A stretch of DNA of 64,000 nucleotides from Massalongia carnosa (lineage: Eukaryota). The stretch lies in assembly GCA_965645245.1 (NCBI GenBank), contig OZ287067.1, positions 1,798,001 to 1,862,000 on the forward strand, read 5' to 3'. Positions within the stretch are counted from its first letter, which is position 1, and the number at the start of each line of letters is the position of its first letter. This document shows, one piece after another, positions 55,993 to 64,000 of this stretch. A program made the position numbers and the translations under genes. Under the pieces are notes generated by a model. The model was not told where the DNA came from. It was given only the letters and a program-made list of their open reading frames with translations, and searched no databases.

Positions 55993-58900
55993 TTGTGCTG
56001 TCTCGATACTGAAAAGAAGATCGAGGGCAAGCATCTAGTATTTAAAACTAGCATAGCTGGAATTAAAACTCGTTTACTTGTTGATAATGGAAGTGAGGCT
56101 GAGCTCATTGATGAATCCTTCGCGCGTGTAAATAAACTGAACACCTCCAAATTAGAAACGGGGGTTAAACTGACCCTTGGAAACGGAGAGGTTGCCCAAC
56201 TTCTCACGAGGACCGCCCTAGTCGACGTCAAAATCGGGGATCATCAAGAACAAGTCCTTTGCTATGTAGCAAAACTGGACGTGTACGCGGTTATTCTAGG
56301 AGATGGATGGCTACAAACTCACAACCCCAGCATTGACTGGAAAGAGCGAATTATGAAATTTAACTCTGCCGATTGCTTGGAAATGGGATGCCTTTCGCGT
56401 GGAATAACCTGCACCGAATTTGCTGTTGGAAGTAGGGCAAAGAATAGGATCGGAACAAAAGACGATATCGAAGTCCTTCCGGTCAATGCGAAACATTTCT
56501 TTCGGATGGTTAGGAAGAAAGATCACGAGGGATACTTATGGACTCCCCGAGAACATAAGACCTTCTGTGCCACAACCACTGGGGCCGTCACCTCAAAGGA
56601 TTACGACAAGTTTATGAAAGGCAAACCCGAGTACTCCCGCGAAGAATTGTTGAAGAAAATTCTCTCAGAGTATCATAGCATGATAGAAGTCTTTATGAAG
56701 CATAAAGCAGACGAACTACCGGAACATCGTAAGGAGGATCACGAGATCAACCTCATGGACGGAAAAGAACCCCCTTATGTCAGGAACTATAAGCCTATGT
56801 CAGAACAGGAGTTGGAAGCTGTCAAGAAGTATATTGACGAACATATGGGAAAGGGATTCATTCGTCCCAGTTCGTCGACAGCAGCTGCTCCAGTCCTTCT
56901 AGTTCGAAAACCAGGTGGTGGACTGAGATTTTGTGTGGACTATCGAGCCTTGAATGCCATCACAGTAAAGAATCGATATCCTATTCCCCTAATTAACGAG
57001 ACGCTCGGAAAACTCTCGCAGGCAAAACGCTTCACGAAACTAGACGTTATTACGGCATTCAATCGTCTTCGAGTAAAAGAAGGACATGAATGGCTTACCG
57101 CTTTTAACACAAGATATGGCCAGTTCGAATATCTGGTCATGCCTTTCGGTTTATGCAATGCTCCAGGGACTTTTCAGAGTTATATAAATAATTCGGTTCG
57201 GGAATATTTAGACGTCTTTTGTACTGCTTATCTGGATGACGTCTTGATCTACAGTGATAATGAGGAAGAACATTCAGATCACGTCTTGAAGCTTCTTAAA
57301 CGCTTGGGGGAACGAGGACTCCAAGTTGACATTGACAAATGTGAATTCTCGGTGACTAAAGTAAAGTACCTCGGACTTATAGTCACCACTGAAGGAATAC
57401 AAATGGATTCCGAGAAGATTGAAGCGATTTTGAAATGGGAAACTCCGGAGTCCGTGAAGGACGTGCAAGCTTTTTTAGGCTTTGCAAACTTCTATCGACG
57501 ATTCATATCAAAGTTCTCTCAGCGTACAAGGTCTCTGACGGAATTAACAAAAGGAGAACAAATAACGACCAAGTCGGGCAAGAAGAGAACCCGATATAAC
57601 GTGTTCACCTGGACCGAAGATTGTAAAAAAGCTTTCGAAGATTTGAAAGAGGCCTTCACTACTGCACCAGTGTTAGCGCACTATGATCCTTCTCTAGAGA
57701 CATGGATAGAAACAGACTCTTCGGATTTCGTCACTGCCGGAGTCTTATCTCAGATGCATGACGGAGTGCTCAAACCGGTAGCATATTTCTCCAAGAAGAT
57801 GACACCGGCCGAATGTAATTACATGATATATGATAAGGAACTCCTCGCTATCATAAAGAGCTTCGAGGTCTGGCGGCCCGAGGCAGCAAGTGCTGCGCCT
57901 GACCAGCCAATCAAAGTTTATACTGATCATAAAAACCTGGAACACTTTATGACGACAAAGCAACTGAACCGCAGACAAGCCCGATCGGCTGAATTCCTTT
58001 CGGAGTTCAATTACAAAATCATGTATCGACCGGGCAGACAAGGCGAAAAGCCGGACACACTTACTCGACGTTCTCAAGATCTTCCAAAAGGGTTTGACGA
58101 CTCTCGACAACAACATCAATTCCAGACATTGCTACAGGAGCATCAACTAGACGATGACGTAAAGAAGGCTTTATCAGTGATCTTCTGTGCAAACACAAGA
58201 ACAAATGACACTGACGAAGAAGCTGAGGAACCCCAGGCCATCGAGGACGATGAAGAGGCTCAGGGTCAGATTTTAAATGAAAATCCGGTGAAAGAACTAG
58301 GCGACGATTCGGAAGAAGATCCATCAGCGAAACCTCTAGAAGAACTAATTGAAGAAGCTTATGAAAAAGATGAAGTAGTTCAAGACATAATCGCTGCCAA
58401 AACACGAGAACTTCGCAAGCTTCCATCGCATCTTATAAAGAAAGGGATCAAATTAGCCATGGGAGATCTCAAAGTGAAAGATGAAAGACTATATGTCAAA
58501 GATAGGCTGTATGTCCCAGATCATGAACCCCTTCAATTATGCCTGTTGCAGAAACATCACGAACCTCCTCTGCAAGGACACCCGGGATATAAAAGCATGT
58601 ATCAGTCACTGATGGAAAACTACTTCTGGTTCGACATGAAGGATCACTGCAAAAGATACGCAGTGAACTGCTCCATTTGTCGAAGTTCAAAATCATACAA
58701 TGTCAAGAAACAGGGCTTACTGAATCCTCTACCCATACCGAACAGAAAATGGACAGACGTCTCTTTAGATTTTGTGGAGTTTTTGCCGGAATGTCGGCGA
58801 AGGAATAGAGTGTATCAACACATATTAGTGATAGTAGACCGTCTAACAAAAAAACGATTATACGAACCGCTTACGTCACTCTCCACCGACGAATTAATGG

Positions 58901-59961
58901 ACGCCATGTCTCGACGACTCTTCTCCTCGTATGGCTTTCCATTGTCAACGGTAAACGATCGAGGCAGTCAGCTGACTGCTCATCTGTGGAAAAGAATTTG
59001 TGAAAGATACGGAGTAAAGATAAAGTTCTCTTCAGCGCATCATCCAGAAACGGATGGTCAAACTGAGAATGCAAATAAAGTAATGAAGAACTACCTTCGA
59101 TCATACATCAATTATGCTCAGAACAACTGGGTCGACTATCTTTCAGATGCCGAGTTCGCCGTCAACAATCATGTTAACGTTTCGACAGGAATGACACCAT
59201 TTTTCGCAGATCACGGCTTTCATCCTCGTTCGGGAATAGAGCCTCCAGGAACATATGAAGAAAAGGGAAAAGCCGAGATACTTCATGCTGACAAAATAGT
59301 CGCTCGCCAGGAAGCAATGCGAGAATGGTTAAGAAATCAGCTAACATGGGCCCAGGAAGAACAAACACGACATGCTAACAAAGATCGTCAACCGCACCCA
59401 GAATACAAAGTGGGCGATTTAGTGTACGTTAATGCTAAACATTTCGCATCAGAGCGTCCAAGTCGTTCCCTCGGGTTTAAAAACGTTGGTCCCTGGAAAA
59501 TTGTTAGGATAATCGATAACAAGGCATATGAGCTGGACATACCACAGCATTTAAAGAATGTGGGACTCACCCCAATATTTCATCCATGGAAGTTGCATCT
59601 CGCTCCGTCCAATCCGTTCCCAGGGCAAGTACTGCCTCCCGGCCCACCTGTCTTGATCACCGAGAACGATAAGGAGGCAACACATGAAGAGTGGGAAATC
59701 TTAGAGATAGTGGACTGTCGAGAGACAAGGAAATTTGGGGTACAGTATAAGGCTACATATATTGGAAATTGGGACGAATGGAACGCTGACCCACCTTGGC
59801 AACCATGGACCGACTTCAGAAAGTCTATCGAAAAGGTTCTGCAATATCATAGAGAACATCCTCGAAAACCGAAGGCGCCAGAGGACCTCACAGGGATGGA
59901 TCAGACGATCGATAACGTCAGACCATCTACGGAAACCGTAGATGGACCCGATGAGGCTTAG
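55993..59961 (+). CDS. pol: Gypsy-F Pol (PR-RT-RH-IN-divergent chromodomain)
   Basis: LLVDNGSE; LRFCVDYR, YLDD; ETDSS; HPG..CSIC, NDRGSQ; GPW; EEWEILEIVD. Confidence 0.93.
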   Translation: MCCLDTEKKIEGKHLVFKTSIAGIKTRLLVDNGSEAELIDESFARVNKLNTSKLETGVKLTLGNGEVAQLLTRTALVDVKIGDHQEQVLCYVAKLDVYAVILGDGWLQTHNPSIDWKERIMKFNSADCLEMGCLSRGITCTEFAVGSRAKNRIGTKDDIEVLPVNAKHFFRMVRKKDHEGYLWTPREHKTFCATTTGAVTSKDYDKFMKGKPEYSREELLKKILSEYHSMIEVFMKHKADELPEHRKEDHEINLMDGKEPPYVRNYKPMSEQELEAVKKYIDEHMGKGFIRPSSSTAAAPVLLVRKPGGGLRFCVDYRALNAITVKNRYPIPLINETLGKLSQAKRFTKLDVITAFNRLRVKEGHEWLTAFNTRYGQFEYLVMPFGLCNAPGTFQSYINNSVREYLDVFCTAYLDDVLIYSDNEEEHSDHVLKLLKRLGERGLQVDIDKCEFSVTKVKYLGLIVTTEGIQMDSEKIEAILKWETPESVKDVQAFLGFANFYRRFISKFSQRTRSLTELTKGEQITTKSGKKRTRYNVFTWTEDCKKAFEDLKEAFTTAPVLAHYDPSLETWIETDSSDFVTAGVLSQMHDGVLKPVAYFSKKMTPAECNYMIYDKELLAIIKSFEVWRPEAASAAPDQPIKVYTDHKNLEHFMTTKQLNRRQARSAEFLSEFNYKIMYRPGRQGEKPDTLTRRSQDLPKGFDDSRQQHQFQTLLQEHQLDDDVKKALSVIFCANTRTNDTDEEAEEPQAIEDDEEAQGQILNENPVKELGDDSEEDPSAKPLEELIEEAYEKDEVVQDIIAAKTRELRKLPSHLIKKGIKLAMGDLKVKDERLYVKDRLYVPDHEPLQLCLLQKHHEPPLQGHPGYKSMYQSLMENYFWFDMKDHCKRYAVNCSICRSSKSYNVKKQGLLNPLPIPNRKWTDVSLDFVEFLPECRRRNRVYQHILVIVDRLTKKRLYEPLTSLSTDELMDAMSRRLFSSYGFPLSTVNDRGSQLTAHLWKRICERYGVKIKFSSAHHPETDGQTENANKVMKNYLRSYINYAQNNWVDYLSDAEFAVNNHVNVSTGMTPFFADHGFHPRSGIEPPGTYEEKGKAEILHADKIVARQEAMREWLRNQLTWAQEEQTRHANKDRQPHPEYKVGDLVYVNAKHFASERPSRSLGFKNVGPWKIVRIIDNKAYELDIPQHLKNVGLTPIFHPWKLHLAPSNPFPGQVLPPGPPVLITENDKEATHEEWEILEIVDCRETRKFGVQYKATYIGNWDEWNADPPWQPWTDFRKSIEKVLQYHREHPRKPKAPEDLTGMDQTIDNVRPSTETVDGPDEA

Positions 59962-61038
59962 CTTCGAATAAGGGATTATTCGTTTCTTTAGTCAAGAATT
60001 GGTTGAACGGAGCGAATTATTCACGACTCCGAGACGTCGTCCATAGAAGGGGGGGTAGTGTCAGGGTCCTGGCCTGACCCGACATGCTCTGGTGGTCACG
60101 GGACAGCGTGACTCGCCTAAGCAGTAGCGCGCGTCGCTTGACTGGCTAGCGCGCCCACGGTAGATTATGTTTAGGAGTTCAGCGATGATTATTCTTTTCT
60201 TTCCTTCCTTGTAGTTAAATTCTAGTTCATAGCTACTGAATAATATCAGGGCAAGCTGCCTGACAGAGATTTTGGTTATGGTGGCGGCGATAAGGTGGAG
60301 CGATAAGTGGGCCCGTGGATGTGATCGTTCTAGCGATAAGAGGGTATAGTGGAGTGAGGAGATTGGTGGAGTAGAGTAAGGGGTTTATTCAGACTCATAC
60401 CGAGGATGAATCTGAATAGGCTTTCAGGTGGCTTTTACCTCGATCGCCGCTTGACGGTTCGGTAATCATTAGGTTTTAACTCAAACTTTATTTCATGACA
60501 TATGACGATCACGTGCTAGCTATCTGGGAACATCGCATAATTGCATGTTCTAATTGAGCTTTTGAATTTCGTCTTGCAAATATTGCATGTTTTCATCAAA
60601 TTTTGCAATATTTACACCGTGTGCGACGACTTTGAACCACGATTCGTCCTTTCGAACTATTCGTGGGTCGAATAAATGCTCCCATATTGATTTATTGTTC
60701 AATAAATCTTCAGCAGTGTTATCAGGACTAGTAGTCAGAACGATGTTTTGAACCGTTTTGGACTTTTCGACCGTGTTAACAACGATAGTCAATTTCGCGT
60801 CTTTAAAAAGCGAATTGATTTGGTTTCGAAGCAACAGTAGATCGATATCGCCGATTTGAGCATTCGGTGTGATTATCAACCGTCGAGATTTGATCGCCTT
60901 GAAATCTTCAGTATTATCGAATTTGTTCGCATTCGAATTATTGTTGTTGTTATTATTATTTTTTTTGGATCGAGGAACGGTAGTCCAATTTTCGGAATTG
61001 ACAGTCGCTTTTCCGAGCATTTGGCTCCATGTTCTAGC

Positions 61039-64000
61039 TGTTATGATCTACCTAGAGACAAGTCATAGGGACACTAGAAACGAATACAATCAAGATGAAG
61101 AAGAAAAGATCAATTGTAAGACAAATCTCGCTCCTATATAGTCCAGCGGCCCCTAGCCCTCGACCGACTCGTGGAAGGATCTAGAAGGTTCGAGCATTGA
61201 CCAGCTATGGAAACCGTGAATGCCGCGATGAGTCTAGCGCGCACACGCGATCCCGTGACTTCGGCTTGTGGCTTGTTCCGCTCCGGTCTACCGAAGTAGT
61301 GCCGAGTAGAACCGTGACACTACCCCCCGCTTTAGATCGCGAGTCACCTGACCGCGATAATGTCCGCGTTATCTCCGCTTAATCTGAGACTAAGTGACCG
61401 ATGCGATTAGTGCGATCATCGCGGTTTATTTGGGTTTCGTTGATGGAAGTCATCCACCACTTCTTTTGCATTTTCGAAACCTTCGGCATCATACCATGTC
61501 AGGTCCTCGTCAATTCCCTTCCATTTGACCTTGTATTGCACCTTTCGGTACCTCTTTCGTGAGTCCAGAATGTCATCAAGTTCCCATTCTTCGCTACCTT
61601 CTACGACTATGGGTGGCGGTGGCTCGTTTATCTGACCTGGGAGTGGGTCGTCTGAGGCCTTTCGAAGCATGCTGGTATGGAAGACATCGTGAATTTTCAT
61701 TGATGGTGGCAATTCTAGTTGACAGGATGACCCTACTAACTTCTTGACTCGATAGGGTCTAATCATCTTATGGTCCAATTTCTTGGACGTTCGTTCTGTC
61801 TTGATATTTCGAGTAGATAACCATACCTTGTCGCCTACTTCATATGAGACGTCTCTTCGGTGTCGGTCAGCTGCTGTTATTTGCCTTTCTTGGGCCTTTC
61901 CCATATTTTGTTTGACGAAATCCCAGATTTTCTTCATGTCCTCGGTAATCGCTCGGGCTTTTCCATTGGCTAGCCTTTCCCTTGTTGATTCTGACGACAG
62001 TTCGATTGGGTCGAAACTCATTCTTGGTTCATAACCTTTCGTGGCCATGAATGGTGACAATCCGGTAGTGGCCGATGGTGCGCTGTTTGCGGCAAATTCC
62101 GCCATTGGAAGAAGGTCCGCCCAGTCGTCCTGATTATAGTTCACGAAACTCCGAAGGTGACGTTCCATTTCCTGATTCGCGATTTCACTTTGTCCATCTG
62201 TTTCTGGATGATAGGCTGTGGACAATTTCGCTGTGATTCCAAGGATTTTACACCAGGCTTTCCAAACTGTTGATGTGAATTGGGGGCCCCGGTCCGATAC
62301 TATGCTGCTTGGGAGTCCAAGATAGCGCCATACGTTGTCCACTAGGAGTTTTGCTGTGGCCTCGGACGTAGTTCCTTCTTCATCACATGTGCATGGGATA
62401 TAGTGTCTCTCTTTGGACAGTCGGTCTACTACCATCAGGATGGCGTCATTTCCATTGCTCTTCGGGAGGCCGGTAACGTAGTCTAGGGTGATGTCCATCC
62501 ATGGTCTTTCTGGTATGGGTAGCGGTTTCAGCAGTCCATTATACTTGTCCCTTGGGGCCTTGGCTCGTCGACACACATGGCAATTTCGCACATAGCGGCG
62601 TATGTCCTTGTTCATGCCTGGCCAATAGTAGTTCCGGCCGATTACATTCACCGTTCTGGCCATTCCGGGATGCCCTACCGCCACTTGGTCGTGTATTTGC
62701 CGAATAACCTCTAGGATGGTCTCTTTCTTGTCCGGCACCCATAAGCCCTTTCGTTTGTATAGCAGTCCGTTCTTCTCGGTGCAGTTCTTTATGTCCGGTA
62801 GAGAGTCGTCATCAGAGTTTCCTTCCTTTATCGCGTTTCGTATTCGGGTGCAGAGTTCGTCTTCGAGGTTTTCCTGTTTGATTCTTTCGTCGAGGGTCGG
62901 GAGTTCGGGGTCGGGTTCATCGTTCCGTGTCGTTTCTTCTGGTTCCGTCGCTTCTTCAATGGGCTGAAGTTCCAATCTTTCCGGGGGCAGTAGCGTCTGC
63001 AATTGGTGCTGCTGCCTTTCATCATCATCGTCGTGGGGCTTATCGTTTGGCCTTCGGGTTAGCGCGTCTGCTTTTTCATTTTTCTTTCCAGGCCGGTAGG
63101 TGATGACGAAATTGAACTCCGAAAGGAACTCCGCCCATCGGGCTTGCCGTCTAGTTAGTTTCTTCGTGGTCATAAAATACTCCAGGCTACGATGGTCGGT
63201 GAAGATTTTCACTGGTAACTCCGTGCTTTCGAGTTCCGGCTTCCATTGTTCAAAGTATCGAATGATTGCTAGCAGTTCCTTGTCATAGATTTCGTAGTTG
63301 CATTCTGCTGGGCTCATGTTCTTTGAAAAGAAGGCTACCGGGTGAAGTTCTCCGTCGTCTCCTATCTGGGACAACACACCTCCATTGACATGGTCCGAGG
63401 AGTCCGTTTCCAAGTAGCACTGCTTGTTCCGGTCGAAATGTATGAGGACTGGGGCTTCACCGATCCATTTCTGTAACGTCCTGAAAGCCTTTTCACATGC
63501 TGGGGTCCACTCGAATATCCGTTCTTTCTTTGTAAGGGCGTTCAATGGTTTGGCAATTTTTGAAAAACCCCTGATGAACCGATGATAGAAATTGCAAAAA
63601 CCAATGAACGACCGAACTTCACGTAGGCAGGTGGGGGTTTCCCATTCCTGAATAGCTTTGATTTTGGCCGGGTCCATGCGAATGCCATCAACTCCTATGA
63701 TCAGTCCCAGATATTTCGTTTCCGTCACATGGAATTCACATTTGTCTACGTCAGCCTGAAATCCGGCCTCTCGAAGCTTTGTCAAAACGGCCAGCACATG
63801 TTCCCGATGCTCTTTCAGGTTCTTGCTATAAATCAGAATGTCATCCAGGTAAGCCGTGCAGAATTTGTCCAGATAATCGAACAACACATCATTGATGAAG
63901 TGCTGCCAGGTCGACGGTCCTCCGGAAAGTCCAAACGGTAATACCTTGTATTTATAAGCGCCAAAACGGGAGTTGAACGTGGTCAGGTCTTCAGATTCCA
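61039..64000 (-). mobile_element. Ty3/Gypsy chromovirus Gypsy-G, 3' half; continues beyond the window
   Basis: 3' LTR at 61039-61319 (TGTTA...TGACA) next to the PPT complement CTACCCCCCGCTTT. Interrupts LINE-A ORF1. Confidence 0.92.
61416..64000 (-). CDS. pol: Gypsy-G Pol, partial (RT-RH-IN-chromodomain)
   Basis: YLDD, ETDSS, YDKELLAI, SDRGPQF, EWELDDILD..VKWKG. Close paralogue of Gypsy-D Pol. Confidence 0.93.
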   Translation of the reverse strand, partial: ESEDLTTFNSRFGAYKYKVLPFGLSGGPSTWQHFINDVLFDYLDKFCTAYLDDILIYSKNLKEHREHVLAVLTKLREAGFQADVDKCEFHVTETKYLGLIIGVDGIRMDPAKIKAIQEWETPTCLREVRSFIGFCNFYHRFIRGFSKIAKPLNALTKKERIFEWTPACEKAFRTLQKWIGEAPVLIHFDRNKQCYLETDSSDHVNGGVLSQIGDDGELHPVAFFSKNMSPAECNYEIYDKELLAIIRYFEQWKPELESTELPVKIFTDHRSLEYFMTTKKLTRRQARWAEFLSEFNFVITYRPGKKNEKADALTRRPNDKPHDDDDERQQHQLQTLLPPERLELQPIEEATEPEETTRNDEPDPELPTLDERIKQENLEDELCTRIRNAIKEGNSDDDSLPDIKNCTEKNGLLYKRKGLWVPDKKETILEVIRQIHDQVAVGHPGMARTVNVIGRNYYWPGMNKDIRRYVRNCHVCRRAKAPRDKYNGLLKPLPIPERPWMDITLDYVTGLPKSNGNDAILMVVDRLSKERHYIPCTCDEEGTTSEATAKLLVDNVWRYLGLPSSIVSDRGPQFTSTVWKAWCKILGITAKLSTAYHPETDGQSEIANQEMERHLRSFVNYNQDDWADLLPMAEFAANSAPSATTGLSPFMATKGYEPRMSFDPIELSSESTRERLANGKARAITEDMKKIWDFVKQNMGKAQERQITAADRHRRDVSYEVGDKVWLSTRNIKTERTSKKLDHKMIRPYRVKKLVGSSCQLELPPSMKIHDVFHTSMLRKASDDPLPGQINEPPPPIVVEGSEEWELDDILDSRKRYRKVQYKVKWKGIDEDLTWYDAEGFENAKEVVDDFHQRNPNKPR

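Larger units (their letters stand above)
53893..60265 (+). mobile_element. Ty3/Gypsy chromovirus Gypsy-F
   Basis: 207-bp LTRs at 53893-54099 and 60059-60265, identical by eye; TSD GAGAT; PPT AGAAGGGGGGG. Confidence 0.96.
53685..60500. mobile_element. About 440-bp probable solo LTR (53685-53892 plus 60271-60500) split by Gypsy-F
   Basis: TSD TATGA at 53680-53684 and 60501-60505. Right end is CATGACA; left end is TATCAAG (TG probably mutated). Confidence 0.75.
23643..61038 (-). mobile_element. LINE-A (A1) host copy in six collinear pieces: 23643-24282, 30430-32045, 37956-38013, 52228-52413, 53449-53684, 60506-61038
   Basis: RT, endonuclease and ORF1 sequence continue in register across each TSD-flanked insertion. 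The ORF1/ORF2 TAATG junction is at 52263-52267. Confidence 0.88.

Noticed and set aside
60935..60962. Poly-Asn tract in the A1 ORF1
   Set aside because: A simple AAT/AAC microsatellite expansion in a linker, absent from the A2 copy.
6963..63941. Numerous 60-190-aa antisense or alternate-frame ORFs overlapping gag, pol and ORF2
   Set aside because: Shadow ORFs of retroelement coding sequence, with no recognisable domains.
1..64000. Prokaryotic RT systems (retron, DGR, group II intron) or host genes
   Set aside because: Every RT is embedded in a LINE or LTR architecture with poly(A) or LTRs and TSDs. No non-TE coding sequence was recognised.

Overview
Gene-free fungal (ascomycete-type) retrotransposon nest with no host gene, RNA gene or prokaryotic feature. 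The scaffold is one AT-rich Tad-like LINE family ('LINE-A': ORF1 with CCHC knuckles; ORF2 with APE endonuclease, RT, RNase H; poly(A) tail). It is present as at least six copies of two subtypes, joined head-to-tail or inserted into each other, all on + left of 11230 and all on - right of it. Everything else is inserted into LINE-A: one intact GC-richer LINE ('LINE-B'), five chromodomain Ty3/Gypsy elements, two Ty1/Copia elements and three solo LTRs, most with readable target-site duplications (TSDs), so the nesting order can be reconstructed. Main observations: (1) a self-inserting, co-oriented LINE array acting as a landing pad for chromoviruses, a candidate centromere or heterochromatin block; (2) a 13-bp complementarity between the 5' and 3' ends of the only full-length LINE-A, plus a hairpin-dense ~0.9-kb 5' UTR; (3) a young Copia with an in-frame gag-UGA-pol junction followed by a predicted pseudoknot; (4) Tf1-type self-priming sites and -1 frameshift cassettes in the Gypsy elements. 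Element names are working labels. Coordinates were read by eye and may be off by a few bases. The organism and the centromere identity are inferences.
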